Assembly: GCA_022449705.1 (NCBI GenBank)
Contig: JAKURS010000002.1
Span: 1 to 34,357, forward strand
Direction: 5' to 3'
DNA: 34,357 nucleotides
Source: Candidatus Poseidoniia archaeon
GTDB taxonomy: Archaea > Thermoplasmatota > Poseidoniia > MGIII > CG-Epi1
Shown piece after piece: positions 1 to 8,823 of the stretch. The notes beneath the pieces were generated by a model. That model did not search any database. It had not been told where the DNA came from and saw only the letters and a list, made by a program, of their open reading frames with translations. A program made the position numbers and the translations under genes. Numbering within the stretch: the stretch's first letter is position 1; each line of letters begins with the position of its first letter.

Positions 1-943
1 CGTTGTGCTCGTAAAGGTCGTAGTCCGCCTCCGAGCGGCCGTTCTGCGCCCAGAGCTGCTGCACCGCGGGGACCGGCGCCCACATCACCTCCATCGGCGC
101 CAGCCCGGTCGCCGCCTGCGCGGTGATGGTCGCCAGCGGCGTGATGCCCCCGGCCTCGGCAGCTTCGCGCGCCATCACCACCAGCGCTGCGCCGCCGTCG
201 GAAATCTGCGAAGCGTTGCCGGCGGTCACGACGCCGTCGGCGCCGAAGACCGGCTTCAGCGCCGCTAGCGCCTCGGCCGACGCGTCGTGTCGAAAACCCT
301 CGTCGCGCGTTACGTCGCCTTGCGGGGTCGTGACGGGGGTGATTTCGTCATCATACCAGCCGGCGTCGGTGGCGTGCGCGGCGCGGCGGTGCGACTCGAG
401 CGCGAAGCCGTCGCTGTCGGCGCGGCTGACGCCGCGCGTCGCGGCAACATGGTCGCCGGTGCACCCCATGGCGATGTCGTGGTAGGGGTCACAGAGTCCG
501 TCGTGGAACAGGTGGTCGACCGGCTCGCCTTCGGGGTCGGGCTTCCACTTCTGGCGGCCGATGAGGAACGGCGTGCGTGACATCGATTCCATCCCGCCCG
601 CGACGACGACGTCGTGCTCACCGGCGCGGATGCTGTTGGCCGCGTTCATCAGCGCCTTCATCCCCGAGCCGCACATCTTGTTGATATTGTAGGCCGGGAC
701 CGAATCGGGGATTCCGCCGCCGAGCGCCGCCTGACGGGTGGGGTGCTGCCCCAGCCCGGCCGGGAGCACGAGGCCCATAATCACTTCGCCGACCGCTTCC
801 GGCGCGATGCCGGCGCGGGCGACCGCGGCCCGGATGGCGGTCGCGCCGAGTTCTGGCGCACTGACCCCAGCCAGCGCGCCACCGAACTTGCCTTGCGGCG
901 TGCGGGCGAAGCCGATGATAACCGGGTCACGGGGAGCGAACAT
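1..943 (-). CDS. acetyl-CoA C-acetyltransferase (thiolase); N-terminal part only, the gene runs off the left edge
   Basis: Absent from the ORF track because it has no stop in the window. My own minus-strand translation from the ATG at 943-941 gives MFAPRDPVIIGFARTPQGKFGGALAGVSAPELGATAIRAAVARAGI...YNINKMCGSGMKALMNAANSIRAGEHDVVVAGGMESMSRTPF...VTAGNASQISDGGAALVVM. NKMCGSG (acyl-enzyme Cys) and GGMESMS are thiolase hallmarks. The listed ORFs on either strand in 5-968 are Arg/Ala/Ser-rich alternate-frame and antisense artefacts. Confidence 0.9.
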   Translation of the reverse strand, partial: MFAPRDPVIIGFARTPQGKFGGALAGVSAPELGATAIRAAVARAGIAPEAVGEVIMGLVLPAGLGQHPTRQAALGGGIPDSVPAYNINKMCGSGMKALMNAANSIRAGEHDVVVAGGMESMSRTPFLIGRQKWKPDPEGEPVDHLFHDGLCDPYHDIAMGCTGDHVAATRGVSRADSDGFALESHRRAAHATDAGWYDDEITPVTTPQGDVTRDEGFRHDASAEALAALKPVFGADGVVTAGNASQISDGGAALVVMAREAAEAGGITPLATITAQAATGLAPMEVMWAPVPAVQQLWAQNGRSEADYDLYEHN

Positions 944-960
944 TGACGGGGGAGTGTCGC

Positions 961-993
961 GGGAATAATAGCACTTGGGGGAAGTCATTAAAC
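961..993. promoter_or_regulatory. AT-rich divergent promoter region (TATA-like aataatag 964-971 and cattaaac 986-993) between thiolase and ValRS
   Basis: This is the only AT-rich patch in the 74-nt divergent spacer. The box centres lie about 25 nt from the thiolase ATG (943) and about 28 nt from the ValRS ATG (1018), the spacing expected for archaeal TATA boxes driving leaderless mRNAs. Confidence 0.3.
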
Positions 994-1017
994 CGGCAGC
1001 AGGGTCCGCAGCGCGCC

Positions 1018-3510
1018 ATGCCAGAATTCCGGATTTCCGAGAAACGCTGGTCGGTCGACCTGGAGCAGCGCATCCAGCAGGAGCACTACGCCGATGATGA
1101 GGCGTACCAGCGCCGCTACGGTTTCGACCCCGCTTCGGGGCGCGAGCTGTTCGTGATTGACACGCCGCCGCCCTACCCGTCGGGGACGTGGCACATCGGC
1201 GCGGTCGCGCACTATTCGATGATTGACGTTATAGCGCGCACTCAGCGCCTGCTCGGCAAGGAAGTAAAATTCCCGTGGGGCGTCGACCGCAACGGCATCA
1301 ACGTAGAGTTCACTGTTGAGAAGAAGCACGGTCGCAAGATGCGCAGCTGGGAGCGCGGCGAGTTCCTGGAATTGTGCCGCGAGACCATCGAGGGCTACAC
1401 CCGGGAGATGCGCAACATCGCGCGCCGTGTCGGGCTCTCGTGCGATTTCAGGAGCGAATACCAGACCGATTCCGCAGATTACCGCGCGGTGACGCAGTCC
1501 ATCTTCGTTGACCTGTTCCGCCGCGGTGAAATAGTCGAGGCGCTGAGGCCGAACCTCTATGACCCGATCGAGGGCACTACCATCGCCGAGGCGGAGGTGA
1601 CGCGGTTGCAGCGCCAGACCAAATTGCTGGACGTGCGCTGGTCGCCCGCCGACGGCGGCGATGATGTAATCATCTCGACCACACGCCCCGAACTAATCTG
1701 CGCCTGCGGCGTCGTCATTGTCCATCCCGACGACGAGCGCTACGCACACCTTGTCGGCCAGAAGCTGCGGCTGCCGCTGCCGGTGGGCGACCGTCCCACC
1801 GAGGTGGAGGTGTGCACCCGCTCCAGCGTTGACATGGAGTTCGGCAGTGGGGTGCTGATGGTCTGCTCCTTCGGCGACCAGAACGATGTCGCGGTCTTCC
1901 GCGAAATGCGGCTGGAACCATTCCCCGCCATTGGCCTTGACGGTTGCATGACCGCGGTCGCGGGACCGCTGGCCGACCTGCCGGTGGCGGAGGCGCGGAA
2001 GCGCGCGACCGAGCTGCTCGAAACGGAGGACCGCATCGCCGCTAGCGTCGAGCGCGAGCAGGAAATCCCGGTCTCCGAGCGCGGCAAGAATCCAATCGAG
2101 ATTATCCTGCTCAAGGAGTGGTATGTGCGGCAGACGCACGTCCTGGAACGGATGCGCGAGCTGGCGGACAAAATTAATTTTGTCCCACCACGCAACAAGC
2201 AGTTCCTGCTCGACTGGATGGACGGCGTCACCATCGACTGGCCGGTCTCGCGCCGTCGCTGGTACCACACCGAAATCCCAGTCTGGTATTCCGCCGACCG
2301 CACGCGCGTCATCGTGCCACCCGCCGGCAGCTACGTCCAGCCCTGGCGCGAGGCGCCTCCTGCCGGTTCGACAGTCTTGGACCGTGAAAGCCGCGTGGAG
2401 TTGGGAAGCTACGAAACGCTCGCGCCGGAGCTGGGGGAGCTGGAGGGCGAGGAGAAGGTGTTTGACACCTGGATGGACTCGTCGAATTCGAACCTGTTCG
2501 TCAGCGGCTACCTCCGTGATGACGAACTCTTCGCCCGCGCGTTCCCGACCGCGTTACGCCCGCAGGGAAAGGAAATCGTCCGCACCTGGCTCTACTACAC
2601 GTTGCTCAAGAGCGCGCTACTGCTCGACAAACCGGGCTTCGCCAACGTCTGGATTGACGGGCTGGGGATGGACCCGTGGGGGCGCAAGATGTCCAAGTCG
2701 CTCGGCAACGGCATCGACGCAGAGTCGGTGCTCGAGTGCGGTGCCGGCGGTCGTACCGGCAGCTGGAAAATCCGCGGCCCGGGCGGGAAGCATGTGACGC
2801 TGCGCGCCAGCAAGGTGGGCTCCGAGTGCTTCCGGCTCTGGAAGGCGTGCGACGCGCAGGTGGGCGACGACTTCCAGATTAACCCGGAGGAAATCGAGGC
2901 GAAGTATTTCGGCGTGCTCACGAAGATTTTCAACGTCGCGCGCTTCGCATCGCAATTCCCTGTTCCGGAAATGGAACAGCATCCTGAACTGGCGCCGGAG
3001 GACCGCTGGCTGCTGGCCGAGTTCAGCGCGGTGCTAGACACGGTCCAGAGTGGCTATGCTGCCATTGACATCTTCCGTGGCGGACAGGCGCTGAAGCAGT
3101 TTGGTACCGGCCTCTTCCCGAGCCACTGGCTCGAGATGGCCAAGCAGCGGCTCTACTCTGGCGACGCCTCGGCGACCTGGACGCTGCACCGGGCGCTGCA
3201 CGACCTGCTGGTAATGCTCTCGCCCATTTGCCCCTTCTTCTGCCACTACCTCTCGGAAACGCTCTATGACCGCAGCGCGGTTGAGGAGCGCGACTTCCCC
3301 GCACCACCGCTGGGCGAACTGGCCACCGGCACGCCGGAAGGCGATCGGCTTCGTGGCCTGACCGCCGCACTGGTTGAATTCAACTCGGCAACTTGGAAGT
3401 CGAAGAAGGATGCTGGCCTTTCGCTCGCTGCTGAAATTGCTGGCATCACGGTGCCGGAAGCACTCGCGGAGTTCAGCGATGCGCTGCAGGCGATGCATAG
3501 GTTGGCCTGA
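1018..3510 (+). CDS. valS: valyl-tRNA synthetase (class Ia aminoacyl-tRNA synthetase)
   Basis: Class I signatures are present: IDTPPPYPSGTWHIG (HIGH region) and GRKMSKSLGNGID (KMSKS). CP1/editing strings TTRPELICACGVVIVHPDDERY and GSGVLMVCSFGDQNDV resemble archaeal-type ValRS. I place the start at the ATG at 1018 (MPEFRISEKRW...) rather than the track start at 943, which abuts the divergent thiolase start and would swallow the promoter region. Confidence 0.75.
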   Translation: MPEFRISEKRWSVDLEQRIQQEHYADDEAYQRRYGFDPASGRELFVIDTPPPYPSGTWHIGAVAHYSMIDVIARTQRLLGKEVKFPWGVDRNGINVEFTVEKKHGRKMRSWERGEFLELCRETIEGYTREMRNIARRVGLSCDFRSEYQTDSADYRAVTQSIFVDLFRRGEIVEALRPNLYDPIEGTTIAEAEVTRLQRQTKLLDVRWSPADGGDDVIISTTRPELICACGVVIVHPDDERYAHLVGQKLRLPLPVGDRPTEVEVCTRSSVDMEFGSGVLMVCSFGDQNDVAVFREMRLEPFPAIGLDGCMTAVAGPLADLPVAEARKRATELLETEDRIAASVEREQEIPVSERGKNPIEIILLKEWYVRQTHVLERMRELADKINFVPPRNKQFLLDWMDGVTIDWPVSRRRWYHTEIPVWYSADRTRVIVPPAGSYVQPWREAPPAGSTVLDRESRVELGSYETLAPELGELEGEEKVFDTWMDSSNSNLFVSGYLRDDELFARAFPTALRPQGKEIVRTWLYYTLLKSALLLDKPGFANVWIDGLGMDPWGRKMSKSLGNGIDAESVLECGAGGRTGSWKIRGPGGKHVTLRASKVGSECFRLWKACDAQVGDDFQINPEEIEAKYFGVLTKIFNVARFASQFPVPEMEQHPELAPEDRWLLAEFSAVLDTVQSGYAAIDIFRGGQALKQFGTGLFPSHWLEMAKQRLYSGDASATWTLHRALHDLLVMLSPICPFFCHYLSETLYDRSAVEERDFPAPPLGELATGTPEGDRLRGLTAALVEFNSATWKSKKDAGLSLAAEIAGITVPEALAEFSDALQAMHRLA

Positions 3511-3525
3511 TTTCCCTGACGACCG

Positions 3526-4341
3526 CTATTTAAACTCACGAAGTGCGTTCGCGACCTCGATTGCCTGCCGCGTTGCCGTGACATCATGCACGCGCACGAT
3601 GTCAGCGCCCGCCAGCGCGCCGGCGACCGCGCCGGCGAGCGAGCCGGGCAGCCGCTGCTCCGGTTTGGCACCTACCAGCATCTTCAGCCACGACTTGCGG
3701 CTGGCGCCGAGCAGTACGCCACCCGCAATGCCCCGAAACTCGCCCAGCCGCGCCATCAGTGTCAGGTTGTGCTCTAATGTCTTTCCAAAGCCGATGCCGG
3801 GGTCGACGATGAGCTGGTCGCGCGCAATGCCTGCTGCTTCGGCGGTGGCGACGCGCTCTGCAAGCCATGCCTTCACGTCGGTGACGACCTCGTTGTAATC
3901 GGGGTCGCGCTGCATCGTCTCGGGCGTGCCTTGCATGTGCATTACCACCGCCGGGACGCCCAGCTCCGCCACTGTGGCAACCATTTCCGGGTCACGCAGC
4001 CCGCCGACGTCGTTGACCAGCACGGCGCCTGCTTCCACCGCAGCGCGCGCGACCGCCGGCTTGCGCGAGTCAATCGAGATCGGGATTTCCAGTTCTGCCG
4101 CGAGCGCAGTGATGACCGGCACGACTCGTTCGCGCTCCTCCGCTTCCGGGACCGGCGGTGCGCCAGGGCGGGTTGACTCGCCGCCGACGTCGATGATTTC
4201 AGCGCCGTTTGCGGCCATCTCGCGGCCGCGCGCGACTGCGGCTGCGTTGTAGTGTCCGCCGTCGTAGAACGAGTCAGGTGTGACGTTCAGGATGCCCATC
4301 ACGCGACAGCGGCCGCCCAGCTCCAGGCTGCCGAGGCGCAT
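3526..4341 (-). CDS. folP: dihydropteroate synthase
   Basis: Pterin-binding DHPS signatures are present: MGILNVTPDSFYDGG, IIDVGGESTRPGA, VNDVGG and DPGIGFGKT. The ATG at 4341-4339 directly follows the TAG stop (4344-4342) of the upstream giant gene. Confidence 0.93.
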   Translation of the reverse strand: MRLGSLELGGRCRVMGILNVTPDSFYDGGHYNAAAVARGREMAANGAEIIDVGGESTRPGAPPVPEAEERERVVPVITALAAELEIPISIDSRKPAVARAAVEAGAVLVNDVGGLRDPEMVATVAELGVPAVVMHMQGTPETMQRDPDYNEVVTDVKAWLAERVATAEAAGIARDQLIVDPGIGFGKTLEHNLTLMARLGEFRGIAGGVLLGASRKSWLKMLVGAKPEQRLPGSLAGAVAGALAGADIVRVHDVTATRQAIEVANALREFK

Positions 4342-7300
4342 CTACTCGCGCAGGATGAACTGCGACTGGCAGTGGGGGCAGCCGACCTGGATGGGGCGCT
4401 GCGGCGTGTGGACCGCGAGGGTGCTGTTGCACGATGGGCACGCCAGCTCGAGTGGGCCGTCCACCGTATCTTCGAACTCCGCTTCTCCATCGCCACCGCG
4501 CAGCCGTCCTACCACCATCGCACCGCCCGCCAGCAGCACCGTTCCGAGCAGTACCAGCCCCAGCAGCTTCATCAGGTCCAGCCCCTCCCCGTCGCCGCCG
4601 TTGGTAGTAGTCACGGGCCCCTTTACCATCACCTGCACCGTATTGCTGCTGGTTCTTTCGCCGCGCTCGTCTTCGACAATGACCGTGGCGGTGTAAGTGC
4701 CGGGGGTGTTGAACACCTTGCTGAAGCTGCCCTTGTTGCGGTCGCTAATCAAGTTCACTGGATTGCCCAGCGAATCGATTACGGACCAGTCAAAGATCAG
4801 TGCCGCATCGTCGCCGTCCGGGTCGCTCGACTCGGCCGCCGAGAAAGTGACCGCCTCACCGGTCTGCGCCTCGATTCCGGTGTCCGAAAAGATGGCGGTT
4901 CCCTCAACGAAGACCCCCACCCGCGCCATCGCCACCGGCGGCTGGTTAGTGGCTCGCGTGACCGTGACGTAGAACGGGTCCGACGGTCCGCTGGTGAGCA
5001 GGTCGTCATCGCCCAGCCCCGAGGATAATTCGCGCACGATGAGCCTCGCCTGATAGGTCATCTGGTTTCCACCGGCCGGCAGGGTGTAGTTGTAGCCGTT
5101 GCCGGTCAGGCCGGAGTTATCAATCTCCAAGAACTGGCCGTCCACCAGTTTGAAGACCCAGTCGCTGCCGCCGATCGACTTACGGACCAGGTCGCCGCTT
5201 TCCAGATCACCGTCCGGGTTGAAGACCGGGTTGCGGTAGAGCAGTGTCACCCCCCCTTCCTCCAGCCAGTCGCTATAGACCCCGTCGCCGAATATGAGGC
5301 GGTACTCCAGATCGGCCCGGTCGTCCGGGTCGTACGAGGTAGAGAAGTCGAAGGTGACATGCCCGCCCAGTGCGACAGCCGTAGTGTTGCCGTTCAGCAC
5401 CGCCACCGGCTGGCTGTTGGCCTTCACTGTCAGCGAGAGTATGACTTCTTCCGACGGCAGGCTCCGGCTGTCGCGCACCTGCACCCGTATCAGGTAGTCA
5501 CCCGGATTGCTGAATTCGACATCCTCGTCCCAGTCGTAGCGCCAGGAGGTCCACCCCCCGGCGTAGTAGCGGTACTGCAGGTCAGTCAGTTCGTCATCGC
5601 CATCCGCCGTACCGTTGGTGGTTTCGTTGTCCCACGAGCCGCTGGCATCAACCCGCACCTTTTCGTCGACCCACACCGTCGCGATATCGAGCGTGGCGAC
5701 CGCGTGCGGCGCGTCATTGGGCACTGCGTCCACATCCACCGTCGTGAAGTCGGCGTTGTTGCTCTTGCGCGTCTCCTGGCCCGAGAGGTCGGTCATCTCG
5801 GCATACACCTCGTGGTAGCCCGGGTCCAGCTTCAGGTAGCCCCATCCCAGCTCCAGGCTCAGCTCGGCCCCCGGCGCGAGCACCTGACAGCCCACTGGCT
5901 GGCCTTCCTCACCAGCGCGGCACTCGAACTCGCGCACCTCGTTTGATGGCCGGGGCTCACCGTCGTAGATAGTGAGCCGCCATTTGCTGGTCGCGGCGCC
6001 GCCCACGTTGCGGAAGGTGACGTTCACCAGCAGGTCGTTGTCCTCGCTGGGGCGCTCGCTGTCGGCCGCTGCCGGCTCCTCGCCGCCGACACCGTTCCAG
6101 CTGATAGCAATATCATCGCCCACGACCACCAGGTCGGGGGTGTTGGTTTGCCCCACCGAGGTCATGACCCACAGGTAGACGTTGCTGCCCGCGATGATTT
6201 CAGGGACCCCGTCGCCCTGCAGGTCCGCCACTCTCAGCCCGCCATAGTGCCCAGTCATCCCGGAGAGCGCGCTGGTCTTGGCTTCATATTCCCTGGTTTC
6301 GCCGTCGTAAATGTAGAGTTCGCCGCCGTTGGTGCCCCATATCAGCTCGGAACGGGTATCGTTGTCGAAATCCCCGCCAGTGACACCCCAGACGGAGCCG
6401 GTGTCCAACTCGCGGTCCCACTCCTGTACGCGGCTCTCACCATTGTAGATGATAATGCGTGCCTTTTCGTCGCCTTTCTTGGCGGTGCCAACCAGGATTT
6501 CGATATCACCGTCATTATCCACGTCCGACAGCGCCAGCCCGTACGCCTCATTCCGGTCGGTGTCAATGATGCCTCCATCAAGCGAATAGCTGCCGCTGCT
6601 GGCACGGTAGATCCGCACATCCCCCGACGCGGTGCCCGCCAACAGTTCATTCTGCGCGTCGTCATCGGCGTTGCCGGCCGCCAGCCCCACCACTACTTCT
6701 TCCAGGTCGCCGCTGCTCCACTCCTCGCCGTAGTCGCTGCCATCGTAGCCGAAGACCCGCACTTCGCCGTGTGGGTATGGAATCATCTCGCTTCCTGACA
6801 GGACATACTCGATGTAGCCGGTGGCAATCCCGATTTCGGGATAGGTAGAGTCGTCCAGCTCCGCCACCGCCAGCCCCAGCGCCGAGTCGATGTTGTCGCT
6901 CTGGTAACTCTGGGTAAAGCTGCCGCCGGAGCGGTCGAAGATGTAGAGATAGCCTTCGCCCCCTTCACCACTCACGCGCCCCTCGTCAGGGGCACCGGTA
7001 CTGATTGCAATCTCCACCTCGCCGTCGTTGTCCAGGTCCGCCACCACGATGCCGACCGGCAGTTTTTCCAGCACCGGGCTGACCCAATCCACGACGTGGG
7101 TCTCGCCGTCAAAGGCGATAACCTGTCCCGAGCCGCAGCCGACCAGCACCTCCAGCGCCGGATCATCATCGATGTTGCCAGTGGCGATACCCCAGGTCTG
7201 TCCGCCCGGCAGGCTGTAGACCGGGCTCCACTCACCCTGCTGGGGCATGCTGCTCCAGACCAGTTGCGGGGCGTTGTTGCCGTCAATCTCCCACGCCTTC

Positions 7301-8493
7301 AGGATACCATTGTCACCGCCGTGGATGACCCACGGTTTGGCGTGCGTCAGCGAGACCGTAACGCCAGCGCCGTTGCTCATCGATTCGCCGCTGTCCCACT
7401 CCAGCCGGGTCAGTAGCGAGGAGCCGCTCAGCTCGAGCACATACAGGTCACCGTTCCCGACGGCGACCACCAGCTCCAGGTTGTCGTCGCTGAAGCCGAG
7501 GTCAACTGCTTCCAGCCCGTACGCCGCTTTCAGGTCGGTTCGCTGTACATCCGGGTCTTCGTTCTGTCCTAAGGCACCATTGCGGAACACGGCTAGCTTA
7601 TCGGCGCAGCCGACGACCAGTTCGTCGATGCCGTTACCGTCCAGATCAGCCGCTAGCAGGCCGTAGCAGTAGCCGTCTAAACTGCCACCGAACTTGTAGC
7701 GCCCCTCCCGGTCACCGGTCTGCCCGTCGAAGACGCCGACCCAGCCCTGCTTGGTGCCGACCGCGATTTCCAGCGCGGGGTCGCTGTCGAGCTGCCCTAT
7801 CACGACGCCCCAGACATTCTCGATCTGTTCATTATTGAAGTCCTCTTGCAGGTCGAGGTTCCACTCCGCCTCATCTGGGAAGATTTCATGGTCCTCTTGA
7901 GACCAGCTCTCGGGAGTCACCGCGTCAACGACCCACAGGTGCCCCAGATCGGCCCCCATCGCCAGTTCGGTTTTTCCGTCGCCATCCAGATCGCCTGCCG
8001 CCAGCCCGTACGGCTCCATCTCTGCATCGGTGGGGTTGTAGCCGTTGGCCCAGGCGATGCCAGAGGACCAGTTATCCTCCGACCGCAGTTCTTTTCCGTC
8101 CAGAATGCGCACCTTGGCACCGCCCGACGACTTGTAGCCATATACAATCTCCAATGCGTCGTCGCCATCGAGCTGGTCGACAATCAGTCCCTTGACGGTA
8201 CTTCCCAGGTCGACCGACTGTAGCTGGCTGCTGTACTTGCCATGGGTCGTGTTCCAGTCCAGCACGTGCAGGTACCCCTGCGCGTTGCCAACCACCAGCT
8301 CATCTTCCCCGTCGCCATCGATGTCAGCCGCTACGATGGAGTCAAGCGCCCCCAGTGCGGTGCCCAGTCCTGCACTCCATTGCTCGCTCAGGTATTCCCG
8401 GTCGGTGTCCGAACGTTCGTCATTCCCCGCCTCGGCGGGTGGGAGCGCCGGGAGCAGCATCAGGACAAGCAGTATCGACAGTAGGCGTCGCAT
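4342..8493 (-). CDS. giant secreted/membrane-anchored surface protein: signal peptide, about 14 FG-GAP/VCBS-type beta-propeller repeats, CARDB/PKD-like Ig domains, one TM helix, cytoplasmic CxxC-x16-CxxC zinc ribbon
   Basis: N-terminus MRRLLSILLVLMLLPALPPAEA is a signal peptide. The Ca-binding repeat D-x-D/N-x-D-G-x-x-E-L/I-hydrophobic-x-G recurs (DIDGDGEDELVVG, DLDGDGKTELAMG, DLDGNGIDELVVG, DVDNDGDIEILVG, DFDNDTRSELIWG, DLQGDGVPEIIAG and others). PKD-like strings follow (DASGSWDNE, FDFSTSYDPDD, YRLIFGDGVYS, ESSDPDGDDAALIFDWSV). The TM helix is LMKLLGLVLLGTVLLAGGAMVVG (about nt 4507-4575). The 54-aa tail ends CPSCNSTLAVHTPQRPIQVGCPHCQSQFILRE. Confidence 0.85.
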   Translation of the reverse strand: MRRLLSILLVLMLLPALPPAEAGNDERSDTDREYLSEQWSAGLGTALGALDSIVAADIDGDGEDELVVGNAQGYLHVLDWNTTHGKYSSQLQSVDLGSTVKGLIVDQLDGDDALEIVYGYKSSGGAKVRILDGKELRSEDNWSSGIAWANGYNPTDAEMEPYGLAAGDLDGDGKTELAMGADLGHLWVVDAVTPESWSQEDHEIFPDEAEWNLDLQEDFNNEQIENVWGVVIGQLDSDPALEIAVGTKQGWVGVFDGQTGDREGRYKFGGSLDGYCYGLLAADLDGNGIDELVVGCADKLAVFRNGALGQNEDPDVQRTDLKAAYGLEAVDLGFSDDNLELVVAVGNGDLYVLELSGSSLLTRLEWDSGESMSNGAGVTVSLTHAKPWVIHGGDNGILKAWEIDGNNAPQLVWSSMPQQGEWSPVYSLPGGQTWGIATGNIDDDPALEVLVGCGSGQVIAFDGETHVVDWVSPVLEKLPVGIVVADLDNDGEVEIAISTGAPDEGRVSGEGGEGYLYIFDRSGGSFTQSYQSDNIDSALGLAVAELDDSTYPEIGIATGYIEYVLSGSEMIPYPHGEVRVFGYDGSDYGEEWSSGDLEEVVVGLAAGNADDDAQNELLAGTASGDVRIYRASSGSYSLDGGIIDTDRNEAYGLALSDVDNDGDIEILVGTAKKGDEKARIIIYNGESRVQEWDRELDTGSVWGVTGGDFDNDTRSELIWGTNGGELYIYDGETREYEAKTSALSGMTGHYGGLRVADLQGDGVPEIIAGSNVYLWVMTSVGQTNTPDLVVVGDDIAISWNGVGGEEPAAADSERPSEDNDLLVNVTFRNVGGAATSKWRLTIYDGEPRPSNEVREFECRAGEEGQPVGCQVLAPGAELSLELGWGYLKLDPGYHEVYAEMTDLSGQETRKSNNADFTTVDVDAVPNDAPHAVATLDIATVWVDEKVRVDASGSWDNETTNGTADGDDELTDLQYRYYAGGWTSWRYDWDEDVEFSNPGDYLIRVQVRDSRSLPSEEVILSLTVKANSQPVAVLNGNTTAVALGGHVTFDFSTSYDPDDRADLEYRLIFGDGVYSDWLEEGGVTLLYRNPVFNPDGDLESGDLVRKSIGGSDWVFKLVDGQFLEIDNSGLTGNGYNYTLPAGGNQMTYQARLIVRELSSGLGDDDLLTSGPSDPFYVTVTRATNQPPVAMARVGVFVEGTAIFSDTGIEAQTGEAVTFSAAESSDPDGDDAALIFDWSVIDSLGNPVNLISDRNKGSFSKVFNTPGTYTATVIVEDERGERTSSNTVQVMVKGPVTTTNGGDGEGLDLMKLLGLVLLGTVLLAGGAMVVGRLRGGDGEAEFEDTVDGPLELACPSCNSTLAVHTPQRPIQVGCPHCQSQFILRE

Positions 8494-8512
8494 ACGTCGC
8501 CCGCACCGCTCT

Positions 8513-8524
8513 GGATATTTGTAG
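8513..8524 (-). promoter_or_regulatory. TATA-like box (minus strand CTACAAATATCC) for the giant surface-protein gene
   Basis: AT-rich box centred about 25 nt upstream of the ATG at 8493, within the 60-nt gap after tatA. Confidence 0.35.
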
Positions 8525-8553
8525 TTTACCGCTCCTTTTCCGTCGGCAATGGT

Positions 8554-8823
8554 TTACTCCTTGGACAGTCTGGCCTGTAGTGCTGCGTGCAGTTCCGCTT
8601 CGTCCAGCCCGTCGGTCTCGAGGCCCAGCCGCTCCGCCGCGGCGCGCAGCCGCTCCTCCTCGCTGCGCTCGCCAGCCGCGCCGAGCGGGAAGGCGTGGTA
8701 ACCCCGGAACTCCCGCCAGGCGACACCCAGCGAGCGCGCCGCCTCTGCCATTCGCTGAGGGCCAAGCAGCAACCACGCCAGCAGGCCGATGACCAGCAGC
8801 TCGAGCAGGCCGGGGCCGTTCAC
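8554..8823 (-). CDS. tatA: twin-arginine translocase subunit TatA/E-like protein
   Basis: 89 aa. The N-terminus GPGLLELLVIGLLAWLLLGPQRMAEAARSLGVAWREFRG fits the TatA pattern: short N-tail, one TM helix, a hinge (G-P here where G is canonical), then an amphipathic helix ending xFk/r. The tail is acidic. The GTG start overlaps the scpB stop (GTGA). Confidence 0.65.
   Translation of the reverse strand: MNGPGLLELLVIGLLAWLLLGPQRMAEAARSLGVAWREFRGYHAFPLGAAGERSEEERLRAAAERLGLETDGLDEAELHAALQARLSKE

Noticed and set aside
5-968. Six track ORFs at the left edge (5-268, 123-485, 287-580, 614-946 and 738-968 on the plus strand, and 310-621 on the minus strand)
   Set aside because: All are Arg/Ala/Ser/Pro-rich and lie antisense to, or out of frame with, a clean thiolase reading frame on the minus strand. 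That frame is missing from the track only because it has no stop in the window.
943-1017. The track start (943) for the ValRS ORF, which adds 25 N-terminal residues (MTGECRGNNSTWGKSLNRQQGPQRA)
   Set aside because: This segment is the AT-rich divergent promoter spacer, and its first codon overlaps the thiolase start codon. The added residues have no aaRS counterpart. The ATG at 1018 sits about 28 nt after a TATA-like box.
4252-5028. 258-aa plus-strand ORF, and other plus-strand ORFs (for example 5359-5946, 6148-6798, 7846-8223) inside the giant surface-protein gene
   Set aside because: They are antisense to a 1383-aa ORF with clear repeat and domain structure. Their products are low-complexity (His/Arg/Gln/Ala-rich) with no motifs. 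This is typical GC-rich antisense openness.
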